Assembly (NCBI GenBank): GCA_031441465.1
Contig: JANOEP010000072.1
Coordinates: 15,018-79,017, forward strand
DNA: 64,000 bases
Origin: a bacterium
Lineage (GTDB): Bacteria > Krumholzibacteriota > Krumholzibacteriia > LZORAL124-64-63
Direction: 5' to 3'
Shown here: positions 16,345 to 25,046 of the stretch, one piece after another
How the letters are laid out: the number at the start of each line of letters is the position of its first letter
Position numbering within the stretch: position 1 is the first letter of the stretch
Notes under the pieces: model-generated
What the model was told of the DNA's origin: nothing
Seen by the model: the letters and a program-made list of their open reading frames with translations, nothing else
The model's database searches: none
Made by a program: the position numbers and the translations under genes

Positions 16345-17241
16345 ATGGCGGAGCAGAAGGGCAAGAGCGGCGACCAGCCGCTGCAGCCCATCATCGTCAT
16401 CAAAAAGGTTGTCGGGCACGGCCACCACGGCGGCGCCTGGAAGGTGGCGTACGCCGACTTCGTGACCTCGATGATGTCGCTGTTCATCGTGCTCTGGATC
16501 GTCAATCAGGACCAGGCGGTGAAGGAAGCGGTGGCCGGCTACTTCCGCGATCCCGGCGCGTTCCGAGCCTCGGGCGCCGGTGGCCCGCTGGGCGGCCAGT
16601 CGATCCTGCCCGAATCGGGCAAGGGGATCATGGAAGGGATGCAGGCAGAGGCGAAGCGCCTGCTGGAGGAAGCGGCCACCGAGCTGCGCGAGCAGCTGTC
16701 CGGCATGGAGCACTTCGAGCAGATCATGAAGCAGGTCGAGATCAAGATGACCGACTCGGGGCTCAACATCCAGATGGTCGAGATGTCGAACTCGCTGTTC
16801 TTCGACGTGGGCAGCGCGAACCTCAGCGCGGCCGCCGAGGAAGTGCTCCAGGTCCTGGCGCGGCAGCTCAGCAAGCTGCCCAACAAGCTCGTGATCGAGG
16901 GGCACACGGACAGCCGGCCCTATCCCGCCGGCGGCGGCTACAGCAACTGGGAACTGTCGACCGAGCGCGCCAACTGTGCCCGCCGCTACATGATCAGCCA
17001 CGGCCTGCCCGGCGAGCAGGTGGCCGAGGTCAGCGGCTACGCCGACACGCGCCTGCGCCACCCCGAGGATCCGGCCGACGTCGGCAACCGCCGCATCAGC
17101 ATCACGGTCCTCTACCAGGACGGTCAGATGCCCTGGTCGTCGGGCGACGCGGGAGCGGCGCCCGGTGACGGGGAGCGCCTGCCCCAGAGCCAGAACACCG
17201 GCACCCCCAGCCCCACGATCAGCAACCCCGGCCACGAGTAG
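16345..17241 (+). CDS. motB: Flagellar motor stator protein MotB
   Basis: HHGGAWKVAYADF (conserved Asp), OmpA-like domain GHTD, NWELS..RA, NRR. Confidence 0.9.
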   Translation: MAEQKGKSGDQPLQPIIVIKKVVGHGHHGGAWKVAYADFVTSMMSLFIVLWIVNQDQAVKEAVAGYFRDPGAFRASGAGGPLGGQSILPESGKGIMEGMQAEAKRLLEEAATELREQLSGMEHFEQIMKQVEIKMTDSGLNIQMVEMSNSLFFDVGSANLSAAAEEVLQVLARQLSKLPNKLVIEGHTDSRPYPAGGGYSNWELSTERANCARRYMISHGLPGEQVAEVSGYADTRLRHPEDPADVGNRRISITVLYQDGQMPWSSGDAGAAPGDGERLPQSQNTGTPSPTISNPGHE

Positions 17242-18629
17242 CGGGGCTTGACGATCAGCAGGTCCACGCAGATCGCCACCGCGGCCAGCACGTACAGGGC
17301 CGGCAGCACCGGGTAGCCCGGCGCGCGCCAGCTCCGTACGGCCGTCGGCCGACGCCGCCGCAGCACGAAGATCCCCACCACCGACAGCGCGTAGAAGATC
17401 AGCACCGCGAAGATGACGTAGTCGAGCAGGTCGCCGTAGCGCCCGGTCAGGCAGAGCAGGCAGGCCCAGACGCCCTGCATGACCAGCGCGGCGGCGGGCA
17501 CGCGACGGCGGTTGAGCTTGCCGGTGCTGCGGAAGAAGAGACCGTCGTGCGCCATCGCGTAGTAGACGCGGGCGCCGGTCAGGATCATGCCGTTGTTGCA
17601 GCCGAAGGTGCTGATCATCACCAGCACCGCCATGATCGCGGCGGCGACCGGACCCAGGATCGTCGAGGCGGCCGCGGTGCCGACGCGGTCGGCGGTCGCG
17701 AACTGCAGCCCGCGCCCGGCCGCGTCCAGGGCGGCGGGGTCGCCGGCCACCGGCAGGGCCAGGATGTAGACCAGGTTCGTCAGCATGTAGACGACGACCA
17801 CGATGGCGACGCCCACCACCAGGGCGCGCGTGATCGTCCGCTGCGGGTTCACGGTCTCGCCGCTGGTGAAGGTGACGTTGTTCCAGGCGTCGCAGGCGAA
17901 GAGCGAACCGACCGACGCCGCGCCCAGGGCCATGAGCAGGCCGATCCCGGTCAGGGCCTCGCGCGTGACCGTCCCGTCGGCGCCCACGATCGTCCGGCTC
18001 GCCGACCACATGTCGTGGAAGTTCGCCGCGATCGCCCCGGCGTGGCGCCCCAGCGCCAGGCCGCAGACGACCAGCACGAGCAGGGCCGCCACCTTGGCGA
18101 CGGTGAAGCTGTCCTGGACGAGCTTGCCCTCGCGCAGGCCGAGCGTGTTGAGCCAGGTCAGCAGGGCGATGCTGGCGATGGCGACCAGCTGCGCCGCGTT
18201 GACGTCCAGGCCGCCGACCGACAGCAGCACGTGCTGCTCGCCCAATGACGGCGCCAGCAGCGCGAGGTGTTTGGCGAAGGCCATGCCCACTGCCGCGATC
18301 GAGCCGGTCTGGATCACCATGAACAGCGTCCAGCCGTAGAGGAAGCCGGTCAGCCTGCCGAACGATTCGCGCAGGTAGACGTACTGGCCGCCGGCCTGCG
18401 GCATCAGCGCCGCCAGCTCGCCGTAGCACGCCGCGCCCAGCAGCGTCACCAGGCCGCTGAACAGCCAGACCGCCATCAGCCAGCCCGTCGAGCCCACGCT
18501 GCGGGCGATGTCGGCGCTGACGATGAAGATGCCCGAGCCGATCATCACGCCCACCACGATCATCACCGCGTCGAAGAGGCGGATGTCCCGCTTGAACCCG
18601 GGCGCGCCCGGCGTCTTCTGATCGTGCAT
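17124..18629 (-). CDS. APC-family amino acid permease
   Basis: IVVGVMIGSGIF, CYGELAALMPQAGGQYVYL, DAWNN, RVYYAMA; RBS GGAGG before ATG 18629. Confidence 0.92.
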   Translation of the reverse strand: MHDQKTPGAPGFKRDIRLFDAVMIVVGVMIGSGIFIVSADIARSVGSTGWLMAVWLFSGLVTLLGAACYGELAALMPQAGGQYVYLRESFGRLTGFLYGWTLFMVIQTGSIAAVGMAFAKHLALLAPSLGEQHVLLSVGGLDVNAAQLVAIASIALLTWLNTLGLREGKLVQDSFTVAKVAALLVLVVCGLALGRHAGAIAANFHDMWSASRTIVGADGTVTREALTGIGLLMALGAASVGSLFACDAWNNVTFTSGETVNPQRTITRALVVGVAIVVVVYMLTNLVYILALPVAGDPAALDAAGRGLQFATADRVGTAAASTILGPVAAAIMAVLVMISTFGCNNGMILTGARVYYAMAHDGLFFRSTGKLNRRRVPAAALVMQGVWACLLCLTGRYGDLLDYVIFAVLIFYALSVVGIFVLRRRRPTAVRSWRAPGYPVLPALYVLAAVAICVDLLIVKPRYSWPGLLIVGLGVPVFWLWGRRSPSPGAAPASPDDQGI

Positions 18630-18804
18630 GTAGTACCTCCGGATCGCCGGCGGGCGGAGCGGCCCGCGTGGGCGTGGCCCCATTGGAAGCGGGGCGCGCC
18701 GGTTTGGCAAGAGGGGAGTGGCCGCGCGTGGCGCAGATCCCGATTGCCATCCCGGCGCCGCGCCGCCAAGATCGGCGGGAATCGTCCACCGGCCGGGAGG
18801 CGTC

Positions 18805-20097
18805 GTGAAGAGCCCGCAGCGTTCGCCCTGGATCTTCGTGCCCTCGCTGTATTTCGCCGAGGGCGTCCCCTACGTCCTGGTCAACACGGTCTCGGTGATC
18901 CTCTACAAGAACCTGGGCGTGGACAACGCCCGCATCGCGCTGTGGACCAGCCTGCTCTACCTGCCCTGGGTCCTGAAGATGCTCTGGGGTCCGCTGGTGG
19001 ACACGCGCTCGACCAAGCGCGCCTGGATCCTCGGCACGCAGGTCGCCCAGGCGGCGTGCCTCGCGGCCGTGGCGGCGACGATCGTCGCGCCGGGCTTCTT
19101 CTTCTGGTCGTTGGCCGCCTTCACGCTGGCGGCGCTGGTTTCGGCCACCCACGACATCGCCGCCGACGGGTTCTACCTCCACGCCCTGGACGAGCGCGCG
19201 CAGGCGTATTTCGTCGGCGTGCGCACGTTGTTCTACCGCGCGGCGATGATCTTCGGTTCGGGGCTGCTGGTGACCGTGGCCGGTCGCCTCGAGGGCGGGC
19301 CGCGCGGGGTGGCGGCCGCCTGGTCGATGGTCTTCGCGTGCGCGGCGGTCCTGTACGGGGGGATGTGGCTCTATCACCGGGCCGCCCTGCCGCGCCCGGC
19401 CACCGATGTTCTCGTCGCCGCGGGTAATCAAGGCGCCAGCAGACCGGCCGAGTCCGGCTGGTTGCGGATCGTGGCGGCGTGGCTGCGGCAGCCCCGCGCC
19501 GGTGTGATCGTCGCCTTCATCCTGCTGTACCGCCTGGGCGAGGCCCTGCTGCTGAAGCTGGCCGCGCCCTTCCTGCTGGACGGGCGGGACGCGGGCGGCC
19601 TGGGCCTGACCACGCAGCAGGTCGGCCTCGCCTACGGCACCATCGGTCTGGGCTGCCTGATCGTGGGCGGCGTGACGGGCGGCTGGCTCATCGCGCGCTT
19701 CGGTCTGCGGCGCCTGCTGTGGCCGCTGGCCCTGGCGCTCAACGTGCCCCACGTCGCGTACCTCTACCTGGCCTACGCGCAGCCCGGCCCGGTGGTGGCC
19801 TACCCCCTGGTCGCGCTGGAGCAGCTGGGCTACGGGCTGGGCACCACCGCGTTCATGGTCGTGCTGATGCGCGTCTCGCGCGGGGAACACCGGACTTCCC
19901 ACTTCGCGATCGCCACCGGTCTGATGGCGCTGGGCATGATGCTGCCGGGCATGGTCAGCGGGGCGATCCAGGCGGCGGTGGGCTACCGCGCCTTCTTCCT
20001 GCTGGTGCTGCTGTGCGGAGTGCCCGGCCTGGCGCTGCTGCCGTGGCTGCCGAGGTTCGCGGAGGAGGCCGAAGGCCGGGCGTCAGGATCCGCCTGA
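18805..20097 (+). CDS. AmpG-like MFS transporter
   Basis: LYFAEGVP, LPWVLKMLWGPLVD, SATHDIAADGFY, LYRLGE; 12-TM layout. Confidence 0.85.
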   Translation: MKSPQRSPWIFVPSLYFAEGVPYVLVNTVSVILYKNLGVDNARIALWTSLLYLPWVLKMLWGPLVDTRSTKRAWILGTQVAQAACLAAVAATIVAPGFFFWSLAAFTLAALVSATHDIAADGFYLHALDERAQAYFVGVRTLFYRAAMIFGSGLLVTVAGRLEGGPRGVAAAWSMVFACAAVLYGGMWLYHRAALPRPATDVLVAAGNQGASRPAESGWLRIVAAWLRQPRAGVIVAFILLYRLGEALLLKLAAPFLLDGRDAGGLGLTTQQVGLAYGTIGLGCLIVGGVTGGWLIARFGLRRLLWPLALALNVPHVAYLYLAYAQPGPVVAYPLVALEQLGYGLGTTAFMVVLMRVSRGEHRTSHFAIATGLMALGMMLPGMVSGAIQAAVGYRAFFLLVLLCGVPGLALLPWLPRFAEEAEGRASGSA

Positions 20098-21339
20098 GGT
20101 TCCCAGCGCCGCGGCGACCTCGCGCGCGACCACCGCGTTGCCGGGCACGCTCCAGTGGCCGTTGTTGGGGATGTACTGGCGCAGGCCGGTCTGCTGCTGA
20201 GCCAGGCGCAGGGCGTCGAGCGGATCGACGCAGGCGATGCCGCGGGCGGCGGCGAAAGCGCGCAGCCGGTGCGTCGGCGCCGAGAAGTCGTAGGCCGCGG
20301 CCGGCAGCGGCGCCCGGCGCAGGGTCAGCTCCCGCACGACCGGGTCGACCTGGATCTCCGAGGGGGCGATCAGCAGCACGCAGCGAGCACCGGCCTGCCG
20401 GCAGGCGGCGTCGAACTCCAGCACCTGCCGCTCGGCCTGCTCCCACCAGCGGGCGACCTCGGGCGGCGTCTGCGACTGGTAGAGGGGCAGGTTGTCCACG
20501 CGTCGGCGCAGGAACTCCGCCTTCAGGGGGATGCGCAGCGCGGGATCGGCCGGGTCGCCCCACATCCCCTTGAAGACCGGCGCGCCGGGATGGGCCGCGC
20601 CTTCGGGCGCCTCCGTGGCGGCCGTCGCTTCCGGCGAGGCTTGCGCTGGGGGAGCGGCCGCCGCGCCGCCGAAGCGGACCGCGGCCCGCCAGCGGCGCAG
20701 CGAGTTGACCGCGCGGACCCCGTAGAGCTGCTCGGCCAGCACGAACAGGTGGCTCTTGCGCAGCAGGTTCAGCAGCGGCTCCCGCGAACCCGTGAAGTGC
20801 AGGTTGCCCTGGAAGACGGCGCCGGGGATGGGGATGCCCGTCACGTCGCTGTCGATGGAGAAGCAGAGCAGGGCCACGTCCGGGCGCCAGGACTCGCCCT
20901 TGCCCCGCATCAGGCCCACGGCGTTGCGCACGTCCCAGCCGGGCAGGCCGGCGATCATGGCCTCGGCAGCCGCGGTCCCGGCCGGGGGGGCCGCCCGCAG
21001 CGAATCGTCCAGCACCCGCAGGAAGTTGTGGGCGATCGGCACGTCCCCGTAGACGAACGAATCCCCGATGCCGACCAGCCGCCACACGCCGGCCGGCTTC
21101 GGGACGGCGCGGTCGCGATCGCGGAAGCCCAGGGGGTTGACGTGGCGGTCGTCGTCCGGCGGGTAGAGGCCGGGATCGCCGGGATTCAGGACATAGCCGC
21201 AGTCGGGGTCGTTGCGGTAGGGCGTGCCGTCGGGGGGCGGGATCGTGCCCTGCAGGTAGCGCACCGCCAGCTCGCAGACCACCAGGGTGGCGAGCAGGCC
21301 CGCGAGGGAGATCATCAGGATGCGCAGGCGTCTTCTCAC
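20083..21339 (-). CDS. SGNH/GDSL hydrolase-family membrane-anchored protein
   Basis: N-terminal TM, NPLGFRDR, IGDSFVYG, NNGHWS. Confidence 0.85.
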   Translation of the reverse strand: MRRRLRILMISLAGLLATLVVCELAVRYLQGTIPPPDGTPYRNDPDCGYVLNPGDPGLYPPDDDRHVNPLGFRDRDRAVPKPAGVWRLVGIGDSFVYGDVPIAHNFLRVLDDSLRAAPPAGTAAAEAMIAGLPGWDVRNAVGLMRGKGESWRPDVALLCFSIDSDVTGIPIPGAVFQGNLHFTGSREPLLNLLRKSHLFVLAEQLYGVRAVNSLRRWRAAVRFGGAAAAPPAQASPEATAATEAPEGAAHPGAPVFKGMWGDPADPALRIPLKAEFLRRRVDNLPLYQSQTPPEVARWWEQAERQVLEFDAACRQAGARCVLLIAPSEIQVDPVVRELTLRRAPLPAAAYDFSAPTHRLRAFAAARGIACVDPLDALRLAQQQTGLRQYIPNNGHWSVPGNAVVAREVAAALGTSGGS

Positions 21340-21429
21340 GTCGATCCTTCGTCGGGCGGCGAATTGGAGCCGCCGCCAGTATAGACGCGGCCGGGTCGCG
21401 GCGTCAAAGTGCGAAAAACCCGCAAATCA

Positions 21430-21459
21430 TTGACAGGAATGGTCTCCGGGGGCTAGTTT
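21430..21459 (+). promoter_or_regulatory. Putative sigma70 promoter of the TBDR cluster
   Basis: Perfect TTGACA, 18 nt, TAGTTT. Confidence 0.55.
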
Positions 21460-21512
21460 CGTCCGTCACGGACCCATCGCGCACCGGCCGTGCCCCTCGG
21501 TCGCCGCCCAGA

Positions 21513-21569
21513 GGACCGCATCCCGTCATCGGGACCAGATCCCCATCTCGGGACCGCATCCCCATTTCC
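21513..21569 (+). repeat. Three imperfect 19-bp direct repeats in the 5' leader
   Basis: GGACCGCATCCCGTCATCG / GGACCAGATCCCCATCTCG / GGACCGCATCCCCATTTCC, ending just before the RBS GGAGG. Confidence 0.7.
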
Positions 21570-21582
21570 CGGAGGCCGCCCC

Positions 21583-23541
21583 TTGCCCCGCCCCGGCAGC
21601 ACCGCCCGCCTCGCCCTCGTCGCCGCTCTGTGCGGCGTCCTGTGCTTCTGCTGCGCCGGGCCGGCCGGCGCCATCCCGCGCACCGAGCTGGTGGCCAACG
21701 CGGGCATCATCGGGTTGACGATCACGAATCTCGGCTACGTCGGCAACGGGCTCTCCATTCCCTACCAGCCCTCGTGCGAGTACCCGCTCAACAGCCACGT
21801 CGAGCACCTGTTCATCGGCGGCCTCTGGGTCGGCGCCATGACGCCGGAGGGGCTGCGCCGCGTGTCGACCGGCGCCCAGGACGCTTCGAGCCTGACAAAC
21901 GGCGAGGACAACCGCGAGTTCACCGACTCCATCACGCAGGACGTGCAGGTCTGGTCCAACACGCAGAACAGCGACGACTACAACCCCGCCGCCCTGGCCA
22001 CGCAGCACATCGAGTGCTACTTCCACGACGACAAGTACGACGAGACCGGCAACCACACGCCGCTGTTCGTCAAGGTCATCCTGCGCGCGCTGTCCTGGAG
22101 CAGTTCGTACGCGGACGACTTCATCGTCCTGGACTACCGCATCATCAACGATTCGGGCAGCGAGCTGCGCGACGTGTACGTCGGCTACTGGAACGACACC
22201 ACCGTCGGCAACACGACGGTCACCGTGCCTTCCGGCTACGGCGGCGGCGCTGCGCGCCCCTGGCAGTTCTACGACGACATGAACGGCGGCTGGCGTCCGG
22301 GCGACGTCGCCGACGATCCCGGCCTCTGGATGATGTACGAGCACGACGATGACGGCGAAGAGGGGATGGCCACGTCCTGGATCGGGGCGCGCCTGCTGGG
22401 CGCCGTGCCGGCCCCCACGCCGGCCTCGGGCATGCCGCCGGTGATCTACAACAGTTGGCGCTTCGGGTCAGTGCCCGACGAGGACGATACCTACATCGTC
22501 GACGGCGAGACGGAGGCGCGGCCCGGCAAGTACCAGATGCTCTCCAACGGCGATTTCGACGCCGGCGGCGACTTCTCCTACCCCGGCAACTGGAACGGCC
22601 TGCTCGCGACCGGCCCGTTCCCCAACCTCGCCCCCGGCGACACCCTGCAGGTGACCTACGCCGTGGTCTGCGGCGCCGACTCCCTGAACCTGCTGGCCAA
22701 CGCCAAGGTGGCCCAGGTGGCCTACGACTCGGGCTTCGCGATCCCGACCGGCCCGCCCTCGCCGCGGCTGGGGCTGGAGTACGAGGACAACACGATCGTG
22801 CTGGCCTGGGCCCCCGGCGACTCCGTCGCCCTGGACGACCAGGGCGAGCCCGTGCCCCTGCTGTCCGACGACCCGCGTCGCTCCCCCGAGCACCACATCA
22901 GCATCATCACCCACCGGCCCGACTTCCAGGGCTACCGGATCTTCCGCTTCCAGGGCGAGTCCTTCGGTGGCGACCCCTACGAGCAGTCGACCATGGTGGC
23001 CCAGTTCGACAAGATCGACGGCATCGGCTTCGACACCGGGCTGCCGCCGGTCGGCGCCGACGGCAAGCGGCGCTTCCGCGACACCTCGCTGCTCGACGGC
23101 TTCGGCTACTGGTACTCCGTGGTCTCCTTCTCCGCCCCGGACGTGGTCTCCAGCCTGCCGGAGTTCCAGAGCGGTTACTACGAGAACGCGACGCTGGTCT
23201 ACCCCGGTCCGGCCCCCCAGCCGCTGGGCGAAGGCCGGGGCGTGGGCGTCTTCCCGAACCCGTACCGGGTCGCCTCGCGCTTCGACGACCAGCAGGGCGA
23301 GCAGGAGCTGGGCCGCAAGCTCTGGTTCACCGGTCTGCCGGCCCGCTGCGTCATCAAGGTCTTCAACCTCAACGGCGACCTGGTCAAGACCTTGAACCAC
23401 GACGACCCGGCCTCGGGCCTCGAGTCCTGGAACATCCTGAGCGAGCCGGTGCGCGCCATCGCGTCGGGCCTCTACATCTTCGCCGTGGAGGATCTCGCCA
23501 CCGGCAAGGTGGAACGCGGGAAGCTGGTGATCGTGAAATGA
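21583..23541 (+). CDS. Secreted protein with T9SS-like/FlgD-Ig C-terminal domain
   Basis: TTG after GGAGG; signal peptide; C-terminus VFPNPY...IKVFNLNGDLVKTL...WN...IASGLYIFAV...GKLVIVK. Confidence 0.8.
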   Translation: MPRPGSTARLALVAALCGVLCFCCAGPAGAIPRTELVANAGIIGLTITNLGYVGNGLSIPYQPSCEYPLNSHVEHLFIGGLWVGAMTPEGLRRVSTGAQDASSLTNGEDNREFTDSITQDVQVWSNTQNSDDYNPAALATQHIECYFHDDKYDETGNHTPLFVKVILRALSWSSSYADDFIVLDYRIINDSGSELRDVYVGYWNDTTVGNTTVTVPSGYGGGAARPWQFYDDMNGGWRPGDVADDPGLWMMYEHDDDGEEGMATSWIGARLLGAVPAPTPASGMPPVIYNSWRFGSVPDEDDTYIVDGETEARPGKYQMLSNGDFDAGGDFSYPGNWNGLLATGPFPNLAPGDTLQVTYAVVCGADSLNLLANAKVAQVAYDSGFAIPTGPPSPRLGLEYEDNTIVLAWAPGDSVALDDQGEPVPLLSDDPRRSPEHHISIITHRPDFQGYRIFRFQGESFGGDPYEQSTMVAQFDKIDGIGFDTGLPPVGADGKRRFRDTSLLDGFGYWYSVVSFSAPDVVSSLPEFQSGYYENATLVYPGPAPQPLGEGRGVGVFPNPYRVASRFDDQQGEQELGRKLWFTGLPARCVIKVFNLNGDLVKTLNHDDPASGLESWNILSEPVRAIASGLYIFAVEDLATGKVERGKLVIVK

Positions 23542-25046
23542 GACGGCCGCCGCTCGCCCCGCCGCTCGCCCCGCCGCTCGCCCTGCCGCTCGCCCTGTCG
23601 ATCGCCCTGTCGATCGCCGCAGTGCTCTGCGTGCTGGCGGCCGGCTGCGGCAACGACCCCTTCGATCCCGGCTCGGTGACCAACCGGCGCCCGGTCGCGC
23701 GGATCTTCGTGACCGCCCCGGTGGGGGGCGAGTTGAATCCCACGAGCTACTTCCAGCGCACGTTCCACTGGTCGGGCACCGACGAGGACGGCTTCGTCCG
23801 GGCCTACTACGTCTCGATCGAGACCGAGGCGGGCGCGAGCGCCCCCTGGGACACGACCGCCGCCACCGACACGACGATGACCTTCGAGACCGACGACACC
23901 GGCCGGGCGCAGGCCCTGATCCGGGTGGCCTGCCGGGACGACCGCGGCGCCTACAGCGACACGGTCAGCCAGTACATCCCGCTGCGGAATTTCCCGCCGG
24001 TGATCAACTTCGTCAGCGATTACGACACGTTCTTCTGGAGCTACGGCTCGGCGGACTTCCGCTGCTTCGCCCTGGATCTCGACGGCAACGTGACGATGGA
24101 CGACTCCGTCGTCTTTCATCTGGACACGGCGGACACCACGCTGGCCCCCCTGTCCGAGGGCGAGCCGGGCGCGGACCCCGCCCTGCGCCCGGTGATCAAG
24201 CGCCTCGACGACCCCGCCCTCGGCACGTTCCAGATCGACCTGCACGGCCAGGCCCAGCCCGGCCAGCGCACGCTGACCATCCGGGTCAGCGACGAGGCCG
24301 ACGCCACGACGCGCTTCGATTGGACCTGGGAGGTCCGGCCGGCGCTCAGCGACGTGCTGCTGGTCGACGACAGCGTCGGCAACTTCGACCGCGCCTTCTA
24401 CCACACGGTCATGGACTCGATCTACGGGCCGGGCGGCTGGTCCCTCTACGACATCTCCGACGGCCTGCCCGACCGGCTGTGGGTCCTGCTCGAGACCCTG
24501 CGCCAGTTCCCGGCGGTGTTCTGGTACACCGGCGCCAGCGCCTCGCCGCGCCTGGCCGCGGCGGCGGATCTCGTCGCCCAGTACGTGCAGCCGTCCGCCG
24601 GTTACGAGCCGGGCAAGCTGCTGCTGGTCTCGCCGGCCCTGATCGGCGTGCCCGGCGCGCCGCCGCCCAGCTTCGTCACCAACACGCTGGGCTTCCGGGT
24701 CACCCCGGAGCAGTCCACGTTCTACATCCCGTCCACGAAGAAGGGGCTGCCGCTGAAGGCCGGCCTGCCGGAACTGACTTTCAACGGCAACATCTCCGCC
24801 GGGGTGGGGATGGCCGCCGCGGATTCCAGCACGACCAAGTACCTCTACCGGATGGAGTACCACCGGTACATCAACGGCCGCCCTTCCAGCCGCCCCTTCG
24901 TGGCCGTGCGCAACCCGCCCTCGTCGTCCGGGACCTTCGCCCAGGCGGTGACCGTGACCGTGCAGCTGGACTACAGCACGCCGGGCAGCGGCCTGGCGGT
25001 CGTGCGCGCCCTGCTCTCGCAGGAGCTGGGGGTGATCCTGCCGTGA
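23538..25046 (+). CDS. Lipoprotein of unknown function
   Basis: ATG overlaps the previous stop; lipobox LAAG-C; FHWSGTDEDG.V..Y beta-sandwich repeats. Confidence 0.8.
   Translation: MRRPPLAPPLAPPLALPLALSIALSIAAVLCVLAAGCGNDPFDPGSVTNRRPVARIFVTAPVGGELNPTSYFQRTFHWSGTDEDGFVRAYYVSIETEAGASAPWDTTAATDTTMTFETDDTGRAQALIRVACRDDRGAYSDTVSQYIPLRNFPPVINFVSDYDTFFWSYGSADFRCFALDLDGNVTMDDSVVFHLDTADTTLAPLSEGEPGADPALRPVIKRLDDPALGTFQIDLHGQAQPGQRTLTIRVSDEADATTRFDWTWEVRPALSDVLLVDDSVGNFDRAFYHTVMDSIYGPGGWSLYDISDGLPDRLWVLLETLRQFPAVFWYTGASASPRLAAAADLVAQYVQPSAGYEPGKLLLVSPALIGVPGAPPPSFVTNTLGFRVTPEQSTFYIPSTKKGLPLKAGLPELTFNGNISAGVGMAAADSSTTKYLYRMEYHRYINGRPSSRPFVAVRNPPSSSGTFAQAVTVTVQLDYSTPGSGLAVVRALLSQELGVILP
23549..23620 (+). 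repeat. 12-bp tandem repeat in the signal-peptide coding region
   Basis: Imperfect (C/T)G(C/T)CG(C/A)TCGCCC x6 encoding PPLA-PPLA-LPLA-LSIA-LSIA. Confidence 0.75.

Noticed and set aside
15472-17241. MotA/MotB pair as a Zorya (ZorAB) defence system
   Set aside because: MotA is normal length with no long ZorA tail, no zorC/D/E genes are adjacent, and a sigma28 promoter points to a flagellar stator.
15370-19902. Very long ORFs in the supplied track (for example 15370-19902, 8513-11329, 34249-37116, 39992-43975, 39657-42719)
   Set aside because: These are antisense or alternate-frame shadows of well-supported genes, Arg/Gly/Ala-rich with no motifs, and expected in high-GC DNA.
21513-21569. 19-bp repeats as a mini-CRISPR array
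   Set aside because: The repeats are contiguous with no unique spacers, are too short, and no cas genes are present.
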